Position numbers and translations under genes: made by a program
Shown here: in pieces, positions 48,516 through 57,729 of the stretch
Layout: every line of letters begins with the position of its first letter
Position numbering within the stretch: the first letter of the stretch is position 1
Assembly (NCBI GenBank): GCA_964204605.1
Contig: OZ123195.1
Coordinates: 751,814 to 815,813, forward strand
From: Bacteroidota bacterium
Lineage (GTDB): Bacteria > Bacteroidota > Ignavibacteria > Kapaibacteriales > UBA961
DNA length: 64,000 nucleotides
Direction of reading: 5' to 3'
The notes under the pieces: generated by a model
What the model saw: the letters and a program-made list of their open reading frames with translations, nothing else
Database searches by the model: none
Told to the model about the DNA's origin: nothing

Positions 48516-49529
48516 ATGTATTCACATTTTCATCATGATATTACATTTAGCACTACTTTTAGAACAAAAGTAATTGCTAAAGAACATATCTATATTGAAG
48601 ATGTACAAGATTCAGCTTTACTGATTGATGAGTTAAAAGGAAGAATACCCTTAATTCTTGGTGGCGGAAGTAATTATCTATTTGTTAATGAAAATCCAGA
48701 TTTACTTGTATCAATTACTAATTCTTCATTATCAATAGTAGATGAGAATAAAGATTGTATTACAATTGATATTGGAGCTTCTTATAATTGGCATGAATTA
48801 GTATTGTTTTGTCTTGCACATGGCTGGTATGGTTTAGAGAATTTATCATTGATTCCGGGCACAATAGGTGCTGCGCCAATTCAAAATATAGGAGCATATG
48901 GAAGAGATATCTCTGAATTTGTTATATCAGTTTCTGGATTTGATTTGAATACCGGAAAACATCACATCTATACTCATTCAGAATGTCAATTTTCATATAG
49001 ATCAAGCTATTTTAAGACATATCTAAAATCATCTTTTTTAATTACATCTGTACGATTACAATTATATAAGAATCCTTTGATAAAAGCAGATTATCCTGAT
49101 GTTCAAAAAGCTTTAGATGATTCTCATATAAAGAATCCAACACCTAAAGAAATATCAGATATTATCATACACATAAGACATACCAAATTACCCGATCCCA
49201 ATCAGATTGGGAATGCAGGATCATTTTTTAAGAACCCTTCTATAACCGAAGAAGTATATCATTCTTTAGTAAAGCAATACCCAGAATTACCTTCTTATCC
49301 TCAAGGTGATGGCACTGTGAAAATTTCTGCAGCTTGGCTAATTGATAGTTGTGGATGGAAAGGATTTAGAGAACATGATATAGGCGTTCATAATAAACAA
49401 GCTTTGGTTTTAGTAAATTATGGTAATGGAAAGGCAATAGATATTTATCATCTTTCTATGAAGATTCAAGAATCTATCAACAATACATATGGCATTTCTC
49501 TTGAGCCTGAAGTTAATATCATTTTATGA
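48516..49529 (+). CDS. murB: UDP-N-acetylenolpyruvoylglucosamine reductase
   Basis: FAD-binding domain (ILGGGSNYLF), and a MurB C-terminal domain with a conserved Ser/Glu region. Confidence 0.85.
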   Translation: MYSHFHHDITFSTTFRTKVIAKEHIYIEDVQDSALLIDELKGRIPLILGGGSNYLFVNENPDLLVSITNSSLSIVDENKDCITIDIGASYNWHELVLFCLAHGWYGLENLSLIPGTIGAAPIQNIGAYGRDISEFVISVSGFDLNTGKHHIYTHSECQFSYRSSYFKTYLKSSFLITSVRLQLYKNPLIKADYPDVQKALDDSHIKNPTPKEISDIIIHIRHTKLPDPNQIGNAGSFFKNPSITEEVYHSLVKQYPELPSYPQGDGTVKISAAWLIDSCGWKGFREHDIGVHNKQALVLVNYGNGKAIDIYHLSMKIQESINNTYGISLEPEVNIIL

Positions 49530-49538
49530 GATAGAACA

Positions 49539-50732
49539 ATGTTAATCATGAAATTTGGTGGTTCAGTATTAAAAGATATTTCTGGCTTTCAGTCTATGCT
49601 TTCAATTGTACAAGCATATAAGAAAGAAAAAATATTGATAGTTATTTCTGCTTTAGATATCTCTACTCGAATATTATCCAAAGCTTTAATAATGGCTTCA
49701 CAAGGTTTATTAGAGCAAGCCCAAGAGCTTATTCTTCAGCTTATTGAAAAACATAGAATATTAGCAGGAACTCTTTTCAGTGATTCTCAAGGGTATGATT
49801 CATATATAGAATTGTTAGATATCCATAAGAAAAGATTATATAAGATTCTTCATGGGGTTTCCATTACAAAAGAAATATCTGGCAGAGTACAAGACTTGTT
49901 TATAAGCCATGGAGAACTCTTGGCATTAGAGTGTGTTCATCATTTTATAGAATCACATAATATTCAACATTCTCTTATAGATGCAAGGGAAATAATCATT
50001 ACAGATAATACATTCGGATCTGCAAGGCCATATCGTGAATTTACTAAAAAACATGTTCAGGATAAATTGCTACCATTATTTAACGATTACAATATCTTGA
50101 TGACTCATGGGTTTATTGCATCTGATGAGCAGGGAAATACAACAACCATGGGCACAGAAAGCTCTAACTTAACTGCTTCTTTATTAGGATCTTTATTACC
50201 AGCATCAGAAATTATCATTTGGACAGATATAGAGGGAATACGTAATTCAGACCCAAAACATATCGCAGATACAACATCTATACGATATTTGTCCTATGAA
50301 CAAGCAGAGAAATTAGCTAATCAAGGTTTAAAAGTAATTCACGTTTCAATGCTTGAAGATCCATCTAAATCTGGAATTCCAGTGACGATTAGGTCTGCAT
50401 TTAATCCTAATGGAGAATTTACTACAATCACTCATCAAGAAAACACTAGCTTACAGATTATGATAAATATATCTCATAATGAGCAGAAATATTTTGTTCT
50501 ACCAGATCATTTGCATAACAAAAACAACACTCAATTATTAATCATACAATCATCAAATCCATTTATTAAAAAGGCATTAATTCATAGAATATCTAATGAA
50601 TATTCACCAGATATATCATGTGCAATTTCATATTATGCAGATGTACATCTTGTATGGGGTAATAAGGACAATATTGATACATTGCAAATGAATCTATTTA
50701 ATGAGTTTTTACAAGAGGAATCTATACAATGA
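49539..50732 (+). CDS. Aspartokinase-family (amino-acid kinase) protein with a divergent nucleotide-binding loop and a single C-terminal ACT-like region
   Basis: KFGGSV N-terminal motif. SHGELLA. It aligns to the AK core GFIG..G.TTTLGRGGSDYTAALLA, but reads GFIASDEQGNTTTMGTESSNLTASLLG. Confidence 0.65.
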   Translation: MLIMKFGGSVLKDISGFQSMLSIVQAYKKEKILIVISALDISTRILSKALIMASQGLLEQAQELILQLIEKHRILAGTLFSDSQGYDSYIELLDIHKKRLYKILHGVSITKEISGRVQDLFISHGELLALECVHHFIESHNIQHSLIDAREIIITDNTFGSARPYREFTKKHVQDKLLPLFNDYNILMTHGFIASDEQGNTTTMGTESSNLTASLLGSLLPASEIIIWTDIEGIRNSDPKHIADTTSIRYLSYEQAEKLANQGLKVIHVSMLEDPSKSGIPVTIRSAFNPNGEFTTITHQENTSLQIMINISHNEQKYFVLPDHLHNKNNTQLLIIQSSNPFIKKALIHRISNEYSPDISCAISYYADVHLVWGNKDNIDTLQMNLFNEFLQEESIQ

Positions 50733-50971
50733 AAACATTTCATGAATTTGTAGACAAATCAACCGCCCCGATTCAAGGGAATATGTATCATGTACATTTA
50801 CATGGACAAGAAGTGTATAGTGCAGAGATAACACAATATAAAAAAGGAGCTTGTTGGGCAACACTTACTGTCCTACAACCAGCTAATCAAGAGATGTCTG
50901 ACATTTATAAAAAAGGGGATAGTTTTGAAGTAAAAGTAGCGCAATATCTATTCACATTAATAGAAAGCTAA
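50729..50971 (+). CDS. Hypothetical 80-aa protein translationally coupled (ATGA) to the aspartokinase homologue
   Basis: ORF with a start overlapping the upstream stop. No recognisable motifs. Confidence 0.35.
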   Translation: MKTFHEFVDKSTAPIQGNMYHVHLHGQEVYSAEITQYKKGACWATLTVLQPANQEMSDIYKKGDSFEVKVAQYLFTLIES

Positions 50972-50972
50972 T

Positions 50973-51614
50973 GTGGGATCATTTGCACAACATGCCTCTG
51001 TAGGAATAATGAGTGGCCTTACTATTTCTGCTATTTCATTCCACTTTTCACAGTTACATATCATTGATTCAATTGCTTGTGGGGCCATATGCACACTGAG
51101 TAATTTTGTTCCAGATATAGATAGTCAACAGTCAAAACCTGCAAGAACAATTAAAGATATTATTAGTACTTGCATCACTTCTTATATTATCTATACACTA
51201 CCACGCATAGATTTTTCTGTCTTTATCGTAATAGCTTTAAGTACATTTTTCTTACTTCAATATATATTTACATTTATTCTATCAAGAATTACAGTTCATA
51301 GAGGAATGTTTCATAGCATACCTGCTATCATGATATGGAGTTGTATTGTATATAATGCTTGTTATTCATCAACTGAATTAAACAGAATATATCTTACTTG
51401 TAGCGCAGCGATTGGATATCTATTACATTTAATAATAGATGAATTATATGGATTGATTGATATCAGTGGAGGTGTATTTTATCCGAAAAAGTCTTCAGGG
51501 ACAGCATTAAAATTTATAAGCACATCATTTTGGGGAACAATATTATGCTATACCATATTACTATGTTTATTGTTTTTTTCTTTGCAACAAACCAGAAATT
51601 ACCTTCCAAATTGA
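50973..51614 (+). CDS. Membrane-bound metal-dependent hydrolase (YdjM/DUF457-like)
   Basis: N-terminal M.S..H motif, a conserved HRGMFHS motif and multiple TM helices. Confidence 0.5.
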   Translation: MGSFAQHASVGIMSGLTISAISFHFSQLHIIDSIACGAICTLSNFVPDIDSQQSKPARTIKDIISTCITSYIIYTLPRIDFSVFIVIALSTFFLLQYIFTFILSRITVHRGMFHSIPAIMIWSCIVYNACYSSTELNRIYLTCSAAIGYLLHLIIDELYGLIDISGGVFYPKKSSGTALKFISTSFWGTILCYTILLCLLFFSLQQTRNYLPN

Positions 51615-52202
51615 TTCTTGTAAATCTTGAATTGAAGATCGAGCATTTAATACATGAACTCTTTCGGGATTCATGTGTGCAATGTGTAAATATCCATTTC
51701 TAGCCCTTGTAAAAAACTCATTACCAGACTTTTCCATTCTATCAGGGGATGTACTAGTTAAATCAAAACGTGAATCAGCTCGATTAGATGCCTCTAATGG
51801 TGCTAAATCTAAAATAAAAGTAGCATCTGGTACTAGGCCTGCAGTTGCAAATGCATTAATAATGTTAATATCATCGATTGGTAATTGGCGTCCATAACCT
51901 TGATAAGCAACTGATGAATCTATATATCTATCACATAACACTATATCACCATTATCAAGCGCAGGTTTAATTACTCGGCTTACTAATTGTGCTCTAGCGG
52001 CAGTAAAAAGTAATAATTCACAACGAGGCTCTACAATATCATCAGTATGAAGCAATAAGTTTCGAATATTTTCACTTACTATATTTCCTCCTGGCTCTCT
52101 TAGAACTTTCACTGTAAAATTCAATTCAGTTAATGAGTTTGCCAATAAATAGATTTGAGTAGACTTACCACTACCATCTATACCTTCAAAAGTTATAAAC
52201 AT
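51567..52202 (-). CDS. tmk: Thymidylate kinase
   Basis: P-loop (FEGIDGSGKST), DRY-like motif (CDRYIDSS) and lid region. Confidence 0.9.
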   Translation of the reverse strand: MFITFEGIDGSGKSTQIYLLANSLTELNFTVKVLREPGGNIVSENIRNLLLHTDDIVEPRCELLLFTAARAQLVSRVIKPALDNGDIVLCDRYIDSSVAYQGYGRQLPIDDINIINAFATAGLVPDATFILDLAPLEASNRADSRFDLTSTSPDRMEKSGNEFFTRARNGYLHIAHMNPERVHVLNARSSIQDLQESIWKVISGLLQRKKQ

Positions 52203-52215
52203 AGAATTCCTGTCC

Positions 52216-52911
52216 TTAAAAGCAATCAGAAAGAACTACAACAAATTCACCTTTAATTCCTTGGCTTGTTAATATTTCCAAACACTCAATAGGTAAGCCA
52301 AAATATCCTTGTTCAAATTTCTTTGAGATTTCTCTAACAATATACAATTTTCTGTTTTTTAGTGTTTTATGTGTGGATAAATCCTCTAATAGAGAAAGCA
52401 ATCGATGTGGGGATTCATACAGAATAATTGTATTTAGATATGATTCAAGAGAATCTATAAATGTTTTTCTTCCTTTTTTATGCGGAGGAAAACCTAAAAA
52501 AGTAAATGATTCTGTAGAAAATCCACTCATTGCCAATGCTGGCAATAGGGCAGAAGGTCCCGGTAATACCGTATATACAATCTTATATTCTATAGCAGTT
52601 TGAAGTAAAATATGTCCCGGATCAGACATTAAAGGCATTCCAGCATCACTACAATAACATACTATTTTGCCTTGTTGAACAGCCTTACATAATTCTACAC
52701 TTATTGATTTTTCATTATGTTCATGGCATTTTACAAGCTGTTTGGGAGTGATCTTATATTGTTTTAATAATTGCCCAGTTACTCTGGTATCTTCACAAGC
52801 AATGATATCTGCAGCAGAAAATAAACGTAATGCACGAATAGTAATATCTTCTAAATTACCTATTGGTGTAGGTATAAAATATAATCCAGACGTATATACT
52901 GTTATAGACAT
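52216..52911 (-). CDS. rsmI: 16S rRNA (cytidine1402-2'-O)-methyltransferase
   Basis: Tetrapyrrole-methylase fold N-terminus (LYFIPTPIGNLEDITIRA), and conserved CEDTR. Confidence 0.9.
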   Translation of the reverse strand: MSITVYTSGLYFIPTPIGNLEDITIRALRLFSAADIIACEDTRVTGQLLKQYKITPKQLVKCHEHNEKSISVELCKAVQQGKIVCYCSDAGMPLMSDPGHILLQTAIEYKIVYTVLPGPSALLPALAMSGFSTESFTFLGFPPHKKGRKTFIDSLESYLNTIILYESPHRLLSLLEDLSTHKTLKNRKLYIVREISKKFEQGYFGLPIECLEILTSQGIKGEFVVVLSDCF

Positions 52912-52912
52912 A

Positions 52913-53419
52913 TTATATCTTTTTTAAAATATCTGAACTTTTCTTTATTGTTCCAGATCGTAATGACGTAAAAAAGGAAGACAATAATGCTTGAGATTCC
53001 ATAGCTAAAATATTATCAATTACGGTACATTGATGATTAAGTCTTGTATCATGTAAAAGAGTATATAAAGAATGTACTGCACCAGATTTTACATCCTTTG
53101 CGCCATAAATGACTGTAGGAATTCTTGCTAATATAATGGCTCCGGCACACATTGTACATGGTTCTAGTGTAACATATAACTGCGTATTCTGTAAACGTCT
53201 TGTGCCAAGATATGTGCATGCTAATTCAATAGCCTCAATCTCGGCATGCGCAGAGCTTTGTTGTAATTGCTCAGTTTTATTATATCCAGAAGAAATTACA
53301 TCTCCATTATGAACAATAATGGCACCAATAGGAACCTCTCCACAATCATATGCAATCCTAGCTTGTTCTAAAGCTAAAGTCATAAAATATTGATGATATT
53401 GTTCATGTTCAGATGTCAT
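52913..53419 (-). CDS. tadA: tRNA-specific adenosine deaminase
   Basis: Zinc-binding motifs HAE and PCTMC with a CDA fold. Confidence 0.9.
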   Translation of the reverse strand: MTSEHEQYHQYFMTLALEQARIAYDCGEVPIGAIIVHNGDVISSGYNKTEQLQQSSAHAEIEAIELACTYLGTRRLQNTQLYVTLEPCTMCAGAIILARIPTVIYGAKDVKSGAVHSLYTLLHDTRLNHQCTVIDNILAMESQALLSSFFTSLRSGTIKKSSDILKKI

Positions 53420-53420
53420 A

Positions 53421-54215
53421 TTAAAAATGAATGCCGTAAAATTCTGGATACATAATTTTTTCTAAAACTAACCCTGAAGCTGGAGCAATTGCACTTCTTT
53501 TGATAGATGGATTTCGACATGGATTATCTAATTTATATAAGATATCTTCTTTAGAAATAATACCTCTAGCATAATCAATCATGGTTCCTGTTAAAGAACG
53601 CACCATTGCATAAACAAATCTATTTGCTCCAATACTTAATCTATAATAATTGGTATTCTTCATTGGTTTCCACTCACAGAGCGAAACATCGCAAACATAA
53701 GAGTTAGTTGAGGGGTTTTTTTTGGAAAAAGATGTAAAATCATGTATCCCTAAGAAAATATTTCCTATCTCAAACAATTTATCTTCATCCAATGGATATT
53801 TGATATATGTAATAAAATCTTTGTCAAAAACAGACTCTTTTGTAGAAATAGTATAAGAATATTCTCTGTATACAGCATGTTTTGTACAATGAAAATCTGA
53901 ACTTGATGTACATAAACCATTGATTCTTATATCTTTAGGTAGTTTATTGTTTAATGCTTTTTGTAATTTATCTAATGGAATGGTAATATCTGAAAGATCT
54001 AATGATGTATGAGCAATTTGGGATTTTGCATGAACTCCTGCATCTGTTCTTCCAGATCCAGTAATAGAAAGCGGTTGAGATATTATTGAACATAAAGCTT
54101 GTTCTAAGGTACCTTGAATGCTTTTTCCATTATGTTGTTTTTGCCAGCCAGAATATTGAGTACCATTATATTCAATGGAAAAAACTATTGTTATTCTATT
54201 ACTCATTTCTGTCAC
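53421..54215 (-). CDS. truA: tRNA pseudouridine(38-40) synthase
   Basis: Catalytic Asp motif (GSGRTDAGVHA) and TruA length/architecture. Confidence 0.9.
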   Translation of the reverse strand: MTEMSNRITIVFSIEYNGTQYSGWQKQHNGKSIQGTLEQALCSIISQPLSITGSGRTDAGVHAKSQIAHTSLDLSDITIPLDKLQKALNNKLPKDIRINGLCTSSSDFHCTKHAVYREYSYTISTKESVFDKDFITYIKYPLDEDKLFEIGNIFLGIHDFTSFSKKNPSTNSYVCDVSLCEWKPMKNTNYYRLSIGANRFVYAMVRSLTGTMIDYARGIISKEDILYKLDNPCRNPSIKRSAIAPASGLVLEKIMYPEFYGIHF

Positions 54216-55558
54216 TGAATAAGTAAAGGAATGAATTGTTTGTGAGGATGTTCTATTAATGAATGAAGGGCAGAAGCATGAACGATTTCAAGATTATCAT
54301 CATAGGAATCCAATCGTACAGAAATTGGAGATTGTACAATAGAAGGAGCAGCATGAAATTGAGTTCTCACATAATTTTCTGTCCAGCCAATCCACATACC
54401 ATTTGAATGGTCATATGATTCCGGAATGACAATTTTGTGCATACCAATCTGAGATTGATAAAACTCTTTTCTCTTGAGTGAAGATAAATTTCTCAGTCTA
54501 TGATTTCTTAATTTTCTAATATTCATAGGTACTTTTTGATCATAAGCAGCAGCTGGCGTTAATTCTCTTTCTGAATATGTGAAAACATGCAGATATGAAA
54601 AAGGTAAATCTTGAATAAATGTACATGTTTCTTCAAAATGAGCATCAGTTTCACCTGGAAATCCAACGATTACATCTGCACCTATACAAGCTTGTGGTAA
54701 ATATGAATGAATAGAATGCACTAGATCTTGATATTGATGTGGAGTATATCGTCTACGCATTTTTCTTAATATTTCTGAAGATCCACTTTGTAATGGAATA
54801 TGAATATGGGGGACAATATTAGTGGAATGTGCTATAATGGACAATATATCATTATCAACTAAATTTGGTTCAATAGAACCAATTCTAAATCGAACAGGAA
54901 TATCCAAAGATGAAATAAGAGTAAGAATATCCTTAAATTTCTTTCCTTCGGTGTCTTTGTAATCTCCTAAATTAATACCTGATAAAATGATCTCATAAAA
55001 ACCTTGTTGTTCTAATGAGGTAATTCTATTCAAGATATCAGCAAAAGGCATACTTCTACTTGCACCCCTTGCTTTTGGAATTGTACAAAAACTACATGAA
55101 TAATTGCATCCATCTTGTAATTTCAGAAAAGCTCTTGTTCTATTATCACTATCGGCAGATTGAGCATAATCGAAACTAGGTTCTAAAAGCTCATCAACAT
55201 AAATTCTTGGTGTATCTGTTTTAGTAAAATCAGTGATTAATGAATGGATCTTCAATTTTTCAGCTGTACCAAAAACAGCATCAACACCATCTATAGAAGC
55301 TATTTCTTCTGGTTGTAATTGAGCATAACAACCAGTAATTCCAATAAATGCATCAGGAGATGTTTTTAAAGCTCTTCTAATAATTTTTCGACACTCAGTA
55401 TCAGCATTCTCGGTAACAGTACATGTATTTACAATAACAATATCTGTTCTCTCTCCAAATCGAACAATTTCATGTCCTTTTTGTTGAAACTGATCTTGCA
55501 ATTGGGATGTTTCAGAGTAATTTAATTTACAACCAAGAGTATAAAAAGAAACTTTCAT
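54212..55558 (-). CDS. mtaB: Radical-SAM methylthiotransferase of the MiaB/RimO/MtaB family, most likely MtaB
   Basis: N-terminal MTTase domain (FYTLGCKLN), and radical-SAM CxxxCxxC (CNYSCSFC). It lacks the typical MiaB N-terminus and is closest to the MtaB pattern. Confidence 0.75.
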   Translation of the reverse strand: MKVSFYTLGCKLNYSETSQLQDQFQQKGHEIVRFGERTDIVIVNTCTVTENADTECRKIIRRALKTSPDAFIGITGCYAQLQPEEIASIDGVDAVFGTAEKLKIHSLITDFTKTDTPRIYVDELLEPSFDYAQSADSDNRTRAFLKLQDGCNYSCSFCTIPKARGASRSMPFADILNRITSLEQQGFYEIILSGINLGDYKDTEGKKFKDILTLISSLDIPVRFRIGSIEPNLVDNDILSIIAHSTNIVPHIHIPLQSGSSEILRKMRRRYTPHQYQDLVHSIHSYLPQACIGADVIVGFPGETDAHFEETCTFIQDLPFSYLHVFTYSERELTPAAAYDQKVPMNIRKLRNHRLRNLSSLKRKEFYQSQIGMHKIVIPESYDHSNGMWIGWTENYVRTQFHAAPSIVQSPISVRLDSYDDNLEIVHASALHSLIEHPHKQFIPLLIQ

Positions 55559-55622
55559 GTAGCGTACATTAGTATTTTAGAGAGTATCAATTTCACAAAA
55601 ATACAATAATCAGAGCAGTTTT

Positions 55623-56030
55623 ATGCGACCCAACATTATAAATACGCAGTTTACATTGAGCATTTCTATAACAGATGAAATGACAGCAATATTAGACAAT
55701 CAACAAATTCATCCTGTATATTCAACTTTTTGGTTAGTATATCATGCTGAATTAGCTTCTAGGAAAGCTATCGAACCTTTTTTTGAATTTGAAGATCAAG
55801 CAATTGGAGCTGGAATATCTGTTCAGCATATATCTATGGCATCTATTGGAGAAACAGTAGAGATTACAGCTATTATTAAGGAATATAATGGTTCAAAGAT
55901 ACTCTCTGAGTTTATAGCCATGATTCCCAAACATAATATAATCATTGCAAAAGGGGAGCAGACGCAAATTATAATGAAACAAGCTGATATTGATAAACGA
56001 ATATCTTTAGCTAATTCTAGAACCCGTTAA
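55623..56030 (+). CDS. Hotdog-fold thioesterase-superfamily protein
   Basis: 135 aa. Single hotdog-domain pattern (HPVYSTFWLVYHAELASRKAIEPF). Confidence 0.5.
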   Translation: MRPNIINTQFTLSISITDEMTAILDNQQIHPVYSTFWLVYHAELASRKAIEPFFEFEDQAIGAGISVQHISMASIGETVEITAIIKEYNGSKILSEFIAMIPKHNIIIAKGEQTQIIMKQADIDKRISLANSRTR

Positions 56031-56804
56031 TATATCAAAGGACTGTTTTTCTAAATGTTCTCTATGATTAGGATGAGCAATACCATATTCAGTAACTATA
56101 TAATGAACATGTGATCTAGTTGTAACAAGGCCAGCATCTGTTTTTAAGAATGGGATAATTCTGCTTTCGCCTTTATTGGTGGTTATTGGTAATGCTATGA
56201 TAGGCTTAGCACCTTCAGATAAAGAAGCTCCTCTTATAAAATCCATTTGGCTACCAATACCAGAATAGTTTTTTGTAATACATAAAATCAGCACATATTT
56301 GACCAGTAATATCTACTTCTTTGGCACTATTTATTGAAGTTACTTTAGGATTTCTTCTTATTACATCGGTATCATGTACATAGGCAATATCTAAAAATAT
56401 TATACCTTGATTATCATCTACAAAATCATATAATTTTTTAGAGCCTATTACAAAACCAGTGACAAATTTTCCAGGATGTACTGTCTTATTATTGCCAGTG
56501 ATTACTCCTTTTTCTACTAATGGAATAGTACCATCAGAAAACATTTCAGTATGAATGCCTAGATTTTTATGATTACATAAAAAAGACAAAACTGCATCTG
56601 GAATAGAGCCAATTCCCAATTGTAGTGTTGCTCCATCCCTTCGGCTGCATTTGGAGCTGCACCTTTGGTATGTAATTGCATAATCTTTACATTTTGAAGT
56701 CTATCCTTATGCTGAATCATTGCATTTATCAACAATTGTGTGTCTTGCAGCTGCACTTTGAATATATACACTATTGCCAGATTGCAAACATTATAATGCT
56801 TCAA
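56007..56804 (-). pseudogene. Degraded acetyl-CoA hydrolase/transferase-family gene (4-hydroxybutyrate/succinyl-CoA:acetate CoA-transferase type). It is split over three frames, is missing ~35 N-terminal aa and has an internal deletion.
   Basis: Three overlapping ORF fragments at 56559–56804, 56251–56619 and 56007–56294 match successive parts of Cat1/AbfT-type CoA-transferases (e.g. LHTKGAAPNAAEG; IGSIPDAVLSFLCNHKNLGIHTEMFSDG; VTTRSHVHYIVTEYGIA), but in different frames. Together they cover only ~300 of ~430 aa. Confidence 0.7.
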
Positions 56805-57015
56805 ATGGATTAACGATTTTCATAAATATATTCCTATATATAACTGCTCCCTTAAGCGTCATTTTTGTAATTTTGAGCAATTAATATTAATCATATCACA
56901 TCATATAATGAAATATATTATTGATATGAATTACCATTGAGATTAACTAAAATACATATTCATTTAGTTTACAATTCATTTAGCACCACAATTGCAGTTA
57001 TAATCAGGCTATGAA

Positions 57016-57699
57016 ATGATAAAAGCAGTAATATTTGATTTAGACAATACATTAGTAGATTTTATGGCTATGAAGCAATTAGCTATTGATGCTGCTATTG
57101 TCGCTATGATGGATGCAGGTTTAGAGCTTAGTAAAGATCAAATGAAAGCTCATATTAATAGTATATATGATGCCCAAGGTATAGAATATCAAAAAGTATT
57201 TGATGAACTTTTGCAACAACAGTTAGGATATTTAGATTATAGAATACTTTCAGCAGGAATAATTGCGTATAGAAGAGCTAGAGAAGCTGCATTAAAACCA
57301 TATCCGCATGTTACAGCCACGATAATGAGTTTAGTAAAATCAAATATAAAACTAGCAGTTGTTTCAGATGCTCCAGCTCGAGAAGCTTGGTTGCGCTTAT
57401 GTCATATCAATTTTCACCATACATTTGATGTAGTAGTAACATTTGATGATACAAAAGAAAGAAAACCAAGTCCAGTCCCTTTTAGAACAGCATTAGAAAG
57501 GCTAGGTATAGAACCACATGAAGCAATAATGGTTGGTGATTGGGTTGAAAGAGATATGGTTGGAGCTAAAAATGTAGGTATGCATACTGCTTTTGCTCAA
57601 TATGGCGATTCATTTGGTAATCAAAATATCATAGCAGATTATATCCTCACAAATATCTCACAATTACTTCATATTGTTCATAGTCATAATACCTTGTAA
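57016..57699 (+). CDS. HAD-superfamily hydrolase (phosphoglycolate-phosphatase-like, subfamily IA)
   Basis: Motif I (VIFDLDNTLVDF), motif II (VVSDAP), motif III (K..GDW..D). Confidence 0.8.
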   Translation: MIKAVIFDLDNTLVDFMAMKQLAIDAAIVAMMDAGLELSKDQMKAHINSIYDAQGIEYQKVFDELLQQQLGYLDYRILSAGIIAYRRAREAALKPYPHVTATIMSLVKSNIKLAVVSDAPAREAWLRLCHINFHHTFDVVVTFDDTKERKPSPVPFRTALERLGIEPHEAIMVGDWVERDMVGAKNVGMHTAFAQYGDSFGNQNIIADYILTNISQLLHIVHSHNTL

Positions 57700-57729
57700 A
57701 AATATTAAATCTCCTCTTTTCTTATTGAT

